Source: Eledone cirrhosa
Lineage: Eukaryota
Reading direction: 5' to 3'
Length of the DNA: 64,000 nucleotides
Assembly: GCA_964016885.1 (NCBI GenBank)
Contig: OZ024740.1
Coordinates: forward strand, 423,708,001 to 423,772,000
Below, one piece after another: positions 15,001 to 30,000 of the stretch. The translations under genes and the position numbers were made by a program. A model generated the notes under the pieces. It did not search any database and was not told the origin of the DNA. It worked only from the letters and a program-made list of their open reading frames with translations. How positions within the stretch are numbered: position 1 is the stretch's first letter; each line of letters opens with the position of its first letter.

Positions 15001-18000
15001 TGACTAATGTAGTCCAATCTAATTCTATATAAGACTGTAGTGGTATTGACTAATGTACTCCAACCTAATTCTATATAAGACTGTAGTGGTATTGACTAAT
15101 GTAGTTCAATCTAATTCTATATAAGACTGTAGTGGTATTGACTAATGTAGTCCAATCTAATTCTATATAAGACTGTAGTGGTATTGACTAATGTACTCCA
15201 ACCTAATTCTATATAAGACTGTAGTGGTATTGACTAATGTACTCCAATCTAATTCTATATAAGACTGTAGTGGTATTGACTAATGTACTCCAATCTAATT
15301 CTATATAAGACTGTAGGGTATTGACTAATGTAGTTCAATCTAATTCTATATAAGACTGTAGTGGTATTGACTAATGTAGTCCAATCTAATTCTATATAAG
15401 ACTGTAGTGGTATTGACTAATGTAGTCCAATCTAATTCTATATAAGACTGTAGTGGTATTGACTAATGTAGTTCAATCTAATTCTATATAAGACTGTAGT
15501 GGTATTGACTAATGTAGTCCAATCTAATTCTATATAAGACTGTAGTGGTATTGACTAATGTACTCCAACCTAATTCTATATAAGACTGTAGTGGTATTGA
15601 CTAATGTACTCCAATCTAATTCTATATAAGACTGTAGTGGTATTGACTAATGTAGTCCAATCTAATTCTATATAAGACTGTAGTGGTATTGACTAATGTA
15701 GTCCAATCTAATTCTATATAAGACTGTAGTGGTATTGACTAATGTACTCCAACCTAATTCTATATAAGACTGTAGTGGTATTGACTAATATACTCCAATC
15801 TAATTCTATATAAGACTGTAGTGGTATTGACTAATATACTCCAATCTAATTCTATATAAGACTGTAGTGGTATTGACTAATGTAGTCCAATCTAATTCTA
15901 TATAAGACTGTAGTGGTATTGACTAAAGTAGTCCAATCTAATTCTACATAAGACTGTAGTGGTATTGACTAATATACTCCAATCTAATTCTATATAAGAC
16001 TGTAGTGGTATTGACTAATGTAGTCCAATCTAATTCTATATAAGACTGTAGTGGTATTGACTAAAGTAGTCCAATCTAATTCTATATAAGGCTGTAGTGG
16101 TATTGACTAATGTAGTCCAATCTAATTCTATATAAGACTGTAGTGGTATTGACTAATGTACTCCAACCTAATTCTATATAAGACTGTAGTGGTATTGACT
16201 AATGTAGTTCAATCTAATTCTATATAAGACTGTAGTGGTATTGACTAATGTAGTCCAATCTAATTCTATATAAGACTGTAGTGGTATTGACTAATGTACT
16301 CCAACCTAATTCTATATAAGACTGTAGTGGTATTGACTAATGTACTCCAATCTAATTCTATATAAGACTGTAGTGGTATTGACTAATGTACTCCAATCTA
16401 ATTCTATATAAGACTGTAGGGTATTGACTAATGTAGTTCAATCTAATTCTATATAAGACTGTAGTGGTATTGACTAATGTAGTCCAATCTAATTCTATAT
16501 AAGACTGTAGTGGTATTGACTAATGTAGTCCAATCTAATTCTATATAAGACTGTAGTGGTATTGACTAATGTAGTTCAATCTAATTCTATATAAGACTGT
16601 AGTGGTATTGACTAATGTAGTCCAATCTAATTCTATATAAGACTGTAGTGGTATTGACTAATGTACTCCAACCTAATTCTATATAAGACTGTAGTGGTAT
16701 TGACTAATGTACTCCAATCTAATTCTATATAAGACTGTAGTGGTATTGACTAATGTAGTCCAATCTAATTCTATATAAGACTGTAGTGGTATTGACTAAT
16801 ATACTCCAATCTAATTCTATATAAGACTGTAGTGGTATTCACTAATGTACTCCATTCTAATTCTATATAAGACTGTAGTGGTATTGACTAATGTAGTCCA
16901 ATCTAATTCTATATAAGACTGTAGTGGTATTGACTAATGTACTCCAACCTAATTCTATATAAGACTGTAGTGGTATTGACTAATGTACTCCAATCTAATT
17001 CTATATAAGACTGTAGTGGTATTGACTAATGTAGTCCAATCTAATTCTATATAAGACTGTAGTGGTATTGACTAATATACTCCAATCTAATTCTATATAA
17101 GACTGTAGTGGTATTCACTAATGTACTCCAATCTAATTCTATATAAGACTGTAGTGGTATTGACTAATGTACTCCAATCTAATTCTATATAAGACTGTAG
17201 TGGTACTGACTAATGTAGTCCAATCTAATTCTATATAAGACTGTAGGGTATTGACTAATGTACTCCAATCTAATTCTATATAAGACTGTAGTGGTATTGA
17301 CTAATGTACTCCAATCTAATTCTATATAAGACTGTAGTGGTATTGACTAATGTAGTCCAATCTAATTCTATATAAGACTGTAGTGGTATTGACTAATGTA
17401 GTCCAATCTAATTCTATATAAGACTGTAGTGGTATTGACTAATGTACTCCAATCTAATTCTATATAAGACTGTAGTGGTATTGACTAATGTAGTCCAATC
17501 TAATTCTATATAAGACTGTAGTGGTATTGACTAATGTACTCCAATCTAATTCTATATAAGACTGTAGTGGTATTGACTAATGTAGTCCAATCTAATTCTA
17601 TATAAGACTGTAGTGGTATTGACTAATGTAGTCCAATCTAATTCTATATAAGACTGTAGTGGTATTGACTAATGTACTCCAATCTAATTCTATATAAGAC
17701 TGTAGTGGTATTGACTAATGTACTCCAATCTAATTCTATATAAGACTGTAGTGGTATTGACTAATGTAGTCCAATCTAATTCTATATAAGACTGTAGTGG
17801 TATTGACTAATGTACTCCAATCTAATTCTATATAAGACTGTAGTGGTATTGACTAATGTACTCCAATCTAATTCTATATAAGACTGTAGTGGTATTGACT
17901 AATATACTCCAATCTAATTCTATATAAGACAGTAGTGGTATTCACTAATATACTCCAATCTAATTCTATATAAGACTGTAGTGGTATTGACTAATGTACT

Positions 18001-21000
18001 CCAATCTAATTCTATATAAGACTGTAGTGGTATTGACTAATGTAGTCCAATCTAATTCTATATAAGACTGTAGTGGTATTGACTAATGTAGTCCAATCTA
18101 ATTCTATATAAGACTGTAGTGGTATTGAGTAATGTACTCCAACCTAATTCTATATAAGACTGTAGTGGTATTGACTAATGTACTCCAATCTAATTCTATT
18201 TAAGACTGTAGTGGTATTGACTAATATACTCCAATCTAATTCTATATAAGACTGTAGTGGTATTCACTAATGTACTCCAATCTAATTCTATATAAGACTG
18301 TAGTGGTATTGTCTAATGTACTCCAATCTAATTCTATATAAGACTGTAGTGGTATTGACTAATGTAGTCCAATCTAATTCTACATAAGACTGTAGTGGTA
18401 TTGACTAATGTAGTCCAATCTAATTCTATATAAGACTGTAGTGGTATTGACTAATGTAGTCCAATCTAATTCTATATAAGACTGTAGTGGTATTGACTAA
18501 TGTAGTCCAATCTAATTCTATATAAGACTGTAGTGGTATTGACTAATGTAGTCCAATCTAATTCTATATAAGACTGTAGTGGTATTGACTAATGTAGTCC
18601 AATCTAATTCTATATAAGACTGTAGTGGTATTGACTAAAGTAGTCCAATCTAATTCTATATAAGGCTGTAGTGGTATTGACTAATGTAGTCCAATCTAAT
18701 TCTATATAAGACTGTAGTGGTACTGACTAATGTAGTCCAATCTAATTCTATATAAGACTGTAGTGGTATTGACTAATGTAGTCCAACCTAATTCTATATA
18801 AGACTGTAGTGGTATTGACTAATGTACTCCAATCTAATTCTATATAAGACTGTAGTGGTATTGACTAATATACTCCAATCTAATTCTATATAAGACTGTA
18901 GTGGTATTGACTAATGTAGTCCAATCTAATTCTATATAAGACTGTAGTGGTATTGACTAATGTAGTCCAATCTAATTCTATATAAGACTGTAGTGGTATT
19001 GACTAAAGTAGTCCAATCTAATTCTATATAAGGCTGTAGTGGTATTGACTAATGTAGTCCAATCTAATTCTATATAAGACTGTAGTGGTATTGACTAATG
19101 TAGTCCAATCTAATTCTATATAAGACTGTAGTGGTATTGACTAATGTACTCCAACCTAATTCTATATAAGACTGTAGTGGTATTGACTAATATACTCCAA
19201 TCTAATTCTATATAAGACTGTAGTGGTATTGACTAATGTAGTCCAATCTAATTCTATATAAGACTGTAGTGGTATTGACTAATGTACTCCAACCTAATTC
19301 TATATAAGACTGTAGTGGTATTGACTAATGTACTCCAATCTAATTCTATATAAGACTGTAGTGGTATTGACTAATATACTCCAATCTAATTCTATATAAG
19401 ACTGTAGTGGTATTCACTAATGTACTCCAATCTAATTCTATATAAGACTGTAGTGGTATTGACTAATGTAGTCTAATCTAATTCTATATAAGACTGTAGG
19501 GTATTGACTAATGTACTCCAATCTAATTCTATATAAGACTGTAGTGGTATTGACTAATGTACTCCAATCTAATTCTATATAAGACTGTAGTGGTACTGAC
19601 TAATGTAGTCCAATCTAATTCTATATAAGACTGTAGTGGTATTGAGTAATGTACTCCAACCTAATTCTATATAAGACTGTAGTGGTATTGACTAATGTAC
19701 TCCAATCTAATTCTATATAAGACTGTAGTGGTATTGACTAATGTAGTCCAACCTAATTCTATATAAGACTGTAGTGGTATTGACTAATGTACTCCAATCT
19801 AATTCTATATAAGACTGTAGTGGTATTGACTAATGTAGTCCAATCTAATTCTATATAAGACTGTAGTGGTATTGACTAACGTAGTCCAATCTAATTCTAT
19901 ATAAGACTGTAGTGGTATTGACTAACGTAGTCCAATCTAATTCTATATAAGACTGTAGTGGTATTGACTAATGTAGTCCAATCTAATTCTATATAAGACT
20001 GTAGTGGTATTGACTAACGTAGTCCAATCTAATTCTATATAAGACTGTAGTGGTATTGACTAATGTAGTCCAATCTAATTCTATATAAGACTGTAGTGGT
20101 ATTGACTAACGTAGTCCAATCTAATTCTATATAAGACTGTAGTGGTATTGACTAATGTAGTCCAATCTAATTCTATATAAGACTGTAGTGGTATTGACTA
20201 ATGTACTCCAATCTAATTCTATATAAGACTGTAGTGGTATTGACTAATGTAGTCCAATCTAATTCTATATAAGACTGTAGTGGTATTGACTAATGTAGTC
20301 CAATCTAATTCTATATAAGACTGTAGTGGTACTGACTAATGTAGTCCAATCTAATTCTATATAAGACTGTAGTGGTATTGACTAATGTACTCCAATCTAA
20401 TTCTATATAAGACTGTAGGGTATTGACTAATGTACTCCAATCTAATTCTATATAAGACTGTAGTGGTATTGACTAATGTACTCCAATCTAATTCTATATA
20501 AGACTGTAGTGGTATTGACTAATATACTCCAATCTAATTCTATATAAGACTGTAGTGGTATTGACTAATGTAGTTCAATCAAATTCTATATAAGACTGTA
20601 GTGGTATTGACTAATGTAGTCCAATCCAATTCTATATAAGACTGTAGTGGTATTGACTAATGTACTCCAACCTAATTCTATATAAGACTGTAGTGGTATT
20701 GACTAATGTACTCCAATCTAATTCTATATAAGACTGTAGTGGTATTGACTAATATACTCCAATCTAATTCTATATAAGACTGTAGTGGTATTCACTAATG
20801 TACTCCAATCTAATTCTATATAAGACTGTAGGGTATTGACTAATGTAGTCCAATCTAATTCTATATAAGACTGTAGTGGTATTGTCTAATGTACTCCAAT
20901 CTAATTCTATATAAGACTGTAGTGGTATTGACTAATATACTCCAATCTAATTCTATATAAGACTGTAGTGGTATTCACTAATGTACTCCAATCTAATTCT

Positions 21001-24000
21001 ATATAAGACTGTAGGGTATTGACTAATGTAGTCCAATCTAATTCTATATAAGACTGTAGTGGTATTGTCTAATGTACTCCAATCTAATTCTATATAAGAC
21101 TGTAGTGGTATTGACTAATGTACTCCAATCTAATTCTATATAAGACTGTAGTGGTATTGACTAATGTAGTCTAATCTAATTCTATATAAGACTGTAGTGG
21201 TATTGACTAATGTACTCCAATCTAATTCTATATAAGACTGTAGTGGTATTGACTAATATACTCCAATCTAATTCTATATAAGACTGTAGTGGTATTGACT
21301 AATGTAGTCCAATCTAATTCTATATAAGACTGTAGTGGTATTGACTAATGTAGTCCAATCTAATTCTATATAAGACTGTAGTGGTATTGAGTAATGTACT
21401 CCAACCTAATTCTATATAAGACTGTAGTGGTATTGACTAATGTACTCCAATCTAATTCTATATAAGACTGTAGTGGTATTGACTAATGTAGTCCAATCTA
21501 ATTCTATATAAGACTGTAGTGGTATTGACTAATGTACTCCAACCTAATTCTATATAAGACTGTAGTGGTATTGACTAATGTACTCCAATCTAATTCTATA
21601 TAAGACTGTAGTGGTATTGACTAATGTACTCCAACCTAATTCTATATAAGACTGTAGTGGTATTGACTAATGTACTCCAATCTAATTCTATATAAGACTG
21701 TAGTGGTATTGTCTAATGTAGTCCAACCTAATTCTATATAAGACTGTAGTGGTATTGACTAATGTACTCCAATCTAATTCTATATAAGACTGTAGTGGTA
21801 TTGACTAATGTACTCCAATCTAATTCTATATAAGACTGTAGTGGTATTGACTAATATACTCCAATCTAATTCTATATAAGACTGTAGTGGTATTGACTAA
21901 TATACTCCAATCTAATTCTATATAAGACTGTAGTGGTATTGACTAATGTAGTCCAATCTAATTCTATATAAGACTGTAGTGGTATTGACTAATGTAGTCC
22001 AATTTAATTCTATATAAGACTGTAGTGGTATTGACTAAAGTAGTCCAATCTAATTCTATATAAGGCTGTAGTGGTATTGACTAATGTAGTCCAATCTAAT
22101 TCTATATAAGACTGTAGTGGTATTGACTAATGTACTCCAACCTAATTCTATATAAGACTGTAGTGGTATTGACTAATGTAGTCCAATCTAATTCTATATA
22201 AGACTGTAGTGGTATTGACTAATGTAGTCCAATCTAATTCTATATAAGACTGTAGTGGTACTGACTAATGTAGTCCAATCTAATTCTATATAAGACTGTA
22301 GTGGTATTGACTAATGTAGTCCAATCTAATTCTATATAAGACTGTAGTGGTATTGACTAATGTAGTCCAATCTAATTCTATATAAGACTGTAGTGGTACT
22401 GACTAATGTAGTCCAATCTAATTCTATATAAGACTGTAGTGGTATTGACTAATGTAGTCCAATCTAATTCTATATAAGACTGTAGTGGTATTGACTAATG
22501 TAGTCCAATCTAATTCTATATAAGACTGTAGTGGTATTGACTAATGTAGTCCAATCTAATTCTATATAAGACTGTAGTGGTATTGACTAATGTACTCCAA
22601 TCTAATTCTATATAAGACTGTAGTGGTATTGACTAATGTAGTCCAATCTAATTCTATATAAGACTGTAGTGGTATTGACTAATGTAGTCCAATCTAATTC
22701 TATATAAGACTGTAGTGGTATTGACTAATGTAGTCCAATCTAATTCTATATAAGACTGTAGTGGTATTGACTAATGTAGTCCAATCTAATTCTATATAAG
22801 ACTGTAGTGGTATTGACTAATGTAGTCCAATCTAATTCTATATAAGACTGTAGTGGTATTGACTAATGTAGTCCAATCTAATTCTATATAAGACTGTAGT
22901 GGTATTGACTAATGTAGTCCAATCTAATTCTATATAAGACTGTAGTGGTATTGACTAATGTAGTCCAATCTAATTCTATATAAGACTGTAGTGGTATTGA
23001 CTAATGTAGTCCAATCTAATTCTATATAAGACTGTAGTGGTATTGACTAATGTAGTCCAATCTAATTCTATATAAGACTGTAGTGGTATTGACTAATGTA
23101 GTCCAATCTAATTCTATATAAGACTGTAGTGGTATTGACTAATGTAGTCCAATCTAATTCTATATAAGACTGTAGTGGTATTGACTAATGTAGTCCAATC
23201 TAATTCTATATAAGACTGTAGTGGTATTGACTAATGTAGTCCAATCTAATTCTATATAAGACTGTAGTGGTATTGACTAAAGTAGTCCAATCTAATTCTA
23301 TATAAGGCTGTAGTGGTATTGACTAATGTAGTCCAATCTAATTCTATATAAGACTGTAGTGGTACTGACTAATGTAGTCCAATCTAATTCTATATAAGAC
23401 TGTAGTGGTATTGACTAATGTACTCCAATCTAATTCTATATAAGACTGTAGGGTATTGACTAATGTACTCCAATCTAATTCTATATAAGACTGTAGTGGT
23501 ATTGACTAATGTAGTCCAATCTAATTCTATATAAGACTGTAGTGGTACTGACTAATGTACTCCAATCTAATTCTATATAAGACTGTAGTGGTATTGACTA
23601 ATGTACTCCAATCTATTTCTATATAAGACTGTAGTGGTATTGTCTAATGTAGTCCAACCTAATTCTATATAAGACTGTAGTGGTATTGACTAATGTACTC
23701 CAATCTAATTCTATATAAGTCTGTAGTGGTATTGACTAATGTACTCCAATCTAATTCTATATAAGACTGTAGTGGTATTGACTAATGTACTCCAATCTAA
23801 TTCTATATAAGTCTGTAGTGGTATTGACTAATGTACTCCAATCTAATTCTATATAAGACTGTAGTGGTATTGACTAATGTACTCCAATCTAATTCTATAT
23901 AAGACTGTAGTGGTATTGACTAATATACTCCAATCTAATTCTATATAAGACTGTAGTGGTATTCACTAATATGCTCCAATCTAATTCTATATAAGACTGT

Positions 24001-27000
24001 AGTGGTATTGACTAATGTAGTCCAATCTAATTCTATATAAGACTGTAGTGGTATTGAGTAATGTACTCCAACCTAATTCTATATAAGACTGTAGTGGTAT
24101 TGACTAATGTACTCCAATCTATTTCTATATAAGACTGTAGTGGTATTGTCTAATGTAGTCCAACCTAATTCTATATAAGACTGTAGTGGTATTGACTAAT
24201 GTACTCCAATCTAATTCTATATAAGTCTGTAGTGGTATTGACTAATGTACTCCAATCTAATTCTATATAAGACTGTAGTGGTATTGACTAATGTACTCCA
24301 ATCTAATTCTATATAAGTCTGTAGTGGTATTGACTAATGTACTCCAATCTAATTCTATATAAGACTGTAGTGGTATTGACTAATGTACTCCAATCTAATT
24401 CTATATAAGACTGTAGTGGTATTGACTAATATACTCCAATCTAATTCTATATAAGACTGTAGTGGTATTCACTAATATGCTCCAATCTAATTCTATATAA
24501 GACTGTAGTGGTATTGACTAATGTAGTCCAATCTAATTCTATATAAGACTGTAGTGGTATTGAGTAATGTACTCCAACCTAATTCTATATAAGACTGTAG
24601 TGGTATTGACTAATGTACTCCAATCTAATTCTATATAAGACTGTAGTGGTATTGACTAATATACTCCAATCTAATTCTATATAAGACTGTAGTGGTATTC
24701 ACTAATGTACTCCAATCTAATTCTATATAAGACTGTAGTGGTATTGTCTAATGTACTCCAATCTAATTCTATATAAGACTGTAGTGGTATTGACTAAAGT
24801 AGTCCAATCTAATTCTATATAAGGCTGTAGTGGTATTGACTAATGTAGTCCAATCTAATTCTATATAAGACTGTAGTGGTATTGACTAATGTACTCCAAT
24901 CTAATTCTATATAAGACTGTAGGGCATTGACTAATGTACTCCAATCTAATTCTATATAAGACTGTAGTGGTATTGACTAATGTACTCCAATCTAATTCTA
25001 TATAAGACTGTAGGGTATTGACTAATGTACTCCAATCTAATTCTATATAAGACTGTAGGGTATTGACTAATGTAGTCCAATCTAATTCTATATAAGACTG
25101 TAGTGGTATTGACTAATGTACTCCAATCTATTTCTATATAAGACTGTAGTGGTATTGTCTAATGTAGTCCAACCTAATTCTATATAAGACTGTAGTGGTA
25201 TTGACTAATGTACTCCAATCTAATTCTATATAAGTCTGTAGTGGTATTGACTAATGTACTCCAATCTAATTCTATATAAGACTGTAGTGGTATTGACTAA
25301 TGTACTCCAATCTAATTCTATATAAGTCTGTAGTGGTATTGACTAATGTACTCCAATCTAATTCTATATAAGACTGTAGTGGTATTGACTAATGTACTCC
25401 AATCTAATTCTATATAAGACTGTAGTGGTATTGACTAATATACTCCAATCTAATTCTATATAAGACTGTAGTGGTATTCACTAACATGCTCCAATCTAAT
25501 TCTATATAAGACTGTAGTGGTATTGACTAATGTAGTCCAATCTATTTCTATATAAGACTGTAGTGGTATTGTCTAATGTAGTCCAACCTAATTCTATATA
25601 AGACTGTAGTGGTATTGACTAATGTACTCCAATCTAATTCTATATAAGTCTGTAGTGGTATTGACTAATGTACTCCAATCTAATTCTATATAAGACTGTA
25701 GTGGTATTGACTAATGTACTCCAATCTAATTCTATATAAGTCTGTAGTGGTATTGACTAATGTACTCCAATCTAATTCTATATAAGACTGTAGTGGTATT
25801 GACTAATGTACTCCAATCTAATTCTATATAAGACTGTAGTGGTATTGACTAATATACTCCAATCTAATTCTATATAAGACTGTAGTGGTATTCACTAATA
25901 TGCTCCAATCTAATTCTATATAAGACTGTAGTGGTATTGACTAATGTAGTCCAATCTAATTCTATATAAGACTGTAGTGGTATTGAGTAATGTACTCCAA
26001 CCTAATTCTATATAAGACTGTAGTGGTATTGACTAATGTACTCCAATCTAATTCTATATAAGACTGTAGTGGTATTGACTAATATACTCCAATCTAATTC
26101 TATATAAGACTGTAGTGGTATTCACTAATGTACTCCAATCTAATTCTATATAAGACTGTAGTGGTATTGTCTAATGTACTCCAATCTAATTCTATATAAG
26201 ACTGTAGTGGTATTGACTAAAGTAGTCCAATCTAATTCTATATAAGGCTGTAGTGGTATTGACTAATGTAGTCCAATCTAATTCTATATAAGACTGTAGT
26301 GGTATTGACTAATGTACTCCAATCTAATTCTATATAAGACTGTAGGGTATTGACTAATGTACTCCAATCTAATTCTATATAAGACTGTAGGGTATTGACT
26401 AATGTAGTCCAATCTAATTCTATATAAGACTGTAGTGGTATTGACTAATGTACTCCAATCTAATTCTATATAAGACTGTAGGGTATTGACTAATGTACTC
26501 CAATCTAATTCTATATAAGACTGTAGTGGTATTGACTAATGTACTCCAATCTAATTCTATATAAGACTGTAGTGGTATTGACTAATATACTCCAATCTAA
26601 TTCTATATAAGACTGTAGGGTATTGACTAATGTACTCCAATCTAATTCTATATAAGACTGTAGGGTATTGACTAATGTAGTCCAATCTAATTCTATATAA
26701 GACTGTAGTGGTATTGACTAATGTACTCCAATCTAATTCTATATAAGACTGTAGGGTATTGACTAATGTACTCCAATCTAATTCTATATAAGACTGTAGT
26801 GGTATTGACTAATGTACTCCAATCTAATTCTATATAAGACTGTAGTGGTATTGACTAATATACTCCAATCTAATTCTATATAAGACTGTAGTGGTATTGA
26901 CTAATGTAGTCCACTCTAATTCTATATAAGACTGTAGTAGTATTGACTAATGTAGTCCAATCTAATTCTATATAAAACTGTAGTGGTATTGACTAAAGTA

Positions 27001-30000
27001 GTCCAATCTAATTCTATATAAGGCTGTAGTGGTATTGACTAATGTAGTCCAATCTAATTCTATATAAGACTGTAGTGGTATTGACTAATGTACTCCAACC
27101 TAATTCTATATAAGACTGTAGTGGTATTGACTAATGTAGTTCAATCTAATTCTATATAAGACTGTAGTGGTATTGACTAATGTAGTCCAATCTAATTCTA
27201 TATAAGACTGTAGTGGTACTGACTAATGTAGTCCAATCTAATTCTATATAAGACTGTAGTGGTATTGACTAATGTAGTTCAATCTAATTCTATATAAGAC
27301 TGTAGTGGTATTGACTAATGTAGTCCAATCTAATTCTATATAAGACTGTAGTGGTATTGACTAATGTAGTCCAATCTAATTCTATATAAGGCTGTAGTGG
27401 TATTGACTAATGTAGTCCAATCTAATTCTATATAAGACTGTAGTGGTATTGACTAATGTACTCCAACCTAATTCTATATAAGACTGTAGTGGTATTGACT
27501 AATGTAGTTCAATCTAATTCTATATAAGACTGTAGTGGTATTGACTAATGTAGTCCAATCTAATTCTTTATAAGACTGTAGTGGTACTGACTAATGTAGT
27601 CCAATCTAATTCTATATAAGACTGTAGTGGTATTGACTAATGTAGTCCAATCTAATTCTATATAAGACTGTAGTGGTATTCACTAATGTACTCCAATCTA
27701 ATTCTATATAAGACTGTAGTGGTATTGACTAATGTACTCCAATCTAATTCTATATAAGACTGTAGTGGTACTGACTAATGTAGTCTAATCTAATTCTATA
27801 TAAGACTGTAGGGTATTGACTAATGTACTCCAATCTAATTCTATATAAGACTGTAGTGGTATTGACTAATGTACTCCAATCTAATTCTATATAAGACTGT
27901 AGTGGTATTGACTAATGTACTCCAACCTAATTCTATATAAGACTGTAGTGGTATTGACTAATGTAGTCCAATCTAATTCTATATAAGACTGTAGTGGTAT
28001 TGACTAATGTACTCCAATCTAATTCTATATAAGACTGTAGTGGTATTGACTAATGTACTCCAATCTAATTCTATATAAGACTGTAGGGTATTGACTAATG
28101 TACTCCAATCTAATTCTATATAAGACTGTAGTGGTATTGACTAATGTACTCCAATCTAATTCTATATAAGACTGTAGTGGTATTGACTAATATACTCCAA
28201 TCTAATTCTATATAAGACTGTAGTGGTATTCACTAATGTACTCCAATCTAATTCTATATAAGACTGTAGTGGTATTGACTAATGTACTCCAATCTAATTC
28301 TATATAAGACTGTAGTGGTACTGACTAATGTACTCCAATCTAATTCTATATAAGACTGTAGTGGTATTGACTAATGTACTCCAACCTAATTCTATATAAG
28401 ACTGTAGTGGTATTGACTAATATACTCCAATCTAATTCTATATAAGACTGTAGTGGTATTCACTAATGTACTCCAATCTAATTCTATATAAGACTGTAGT
28501 GGTATTCACTAATGTACTCCAATCTAATTCTATATAAGACTGTAGTGGTATTGACTAATATACTCCAATCTAATTCTATATAAGACTGTAGTGGTATTCA
28601 CTAATGTACTCCAATCTAATTCTATATAAGACTGTAGTGGTATTGTCTAATGTACTCCAATCTAATTCTATATAAGACTGTAGTGGTATTGACTAAAGTA
28701 GTCCAATCTAATTCTATATAAGGCTGTAGTGGTATTGACTAATGTAGTCCAATCTAATTCTATATAAGACTGTAGTGGTATTGACTAATGTACTCCAATC
28801 TAATTCTATATAAGACTGTAGGGTATTGACTAATGTACTCCAATCTAATTCTATATAAGACTGTAGGGTATTGACTAATGTAGTCCAATCTAATTCTATA
28901 TAAGACTGTAGTGGTATTGACTAATGTACTCCAATCTAATTCTATATAAGACTGTAGGGTATTGACTAATGTACTCCAATCTAATTCTATATAAGACTGT
29001 AGTGGTATTGACTAATGTACTCCAATCTAATTCTATATAAGACTGTAGTGGTATTGACTAATATACTCCAATCTAATTCTATATAAGACTGTAGGGTATT
29101 GACTAATGTACTCCAATCTAATTCTATATAAGACTGTAGGGTATTGACTAATGTAGTCCAATCTAATTCTATATAAGACTGTAGTGGTATTGACTAATGT
29201 ACTCCAATCTAATTCTATATAAGACTGTAGGGTATTGACTAATGTACTCCAATCTAATTCTATATAAGACTGTAGTGGTATTGACTAATGTACTCCAATC
29301 TAATTCTATATAAGACTGTAGTGGTATTGACTAATATACTCCAATCTAATTCTATATAAGACTGTAGTGGTATTGACTAATGTAGTCCACTCTAATTCTA
29401 TATAAGACTGTAGTAGTATTGACTAATGTAGTCCAATCTAATTCTATATAAAACTGTAGTGGTATTGACTAAAGTAGTCCAATCTAATTCTATATAAGGC
29501 TGTAGTGGTATTGACTAATGTAGTCCAATCTAATTCTATATAAGACTGTAGTGGTATTGACTAATGTACTCCAACCTAATTCTATATAAGACTGTAGTGG
29601 TATTGACTAATGTAGTTCAATCTAATTCTATATAAGACTGTAGTGGTATTGACTAATGTAGTCCAATCTAATTCTATATAAGACTGTAGTGGTACTGACT
29701 AATGTAGTCCAATCTAATTCTATATAAGACTGTAGTGGTATTGACTAATGTAGTTCAATCTAATTCTATATAAGACTGTAGTGGTATTGACTAATGTAGT
29801 CCAATCTAATTCTATATAAGACTGTAGTGGTATTGACTAATGTAGTCCAATCTAATTCTATATAAGGCTGTAGTGGTATTGACTAATGTAGTCCAATCTA
29901 ATTCTATATAAGACTGTAGTGGTATTGACTAATGTACTCCAACCTAATTCTATATAAGACTGTAGTGGTATTGACTAATGTAGTTCAATCTAATTCTATA

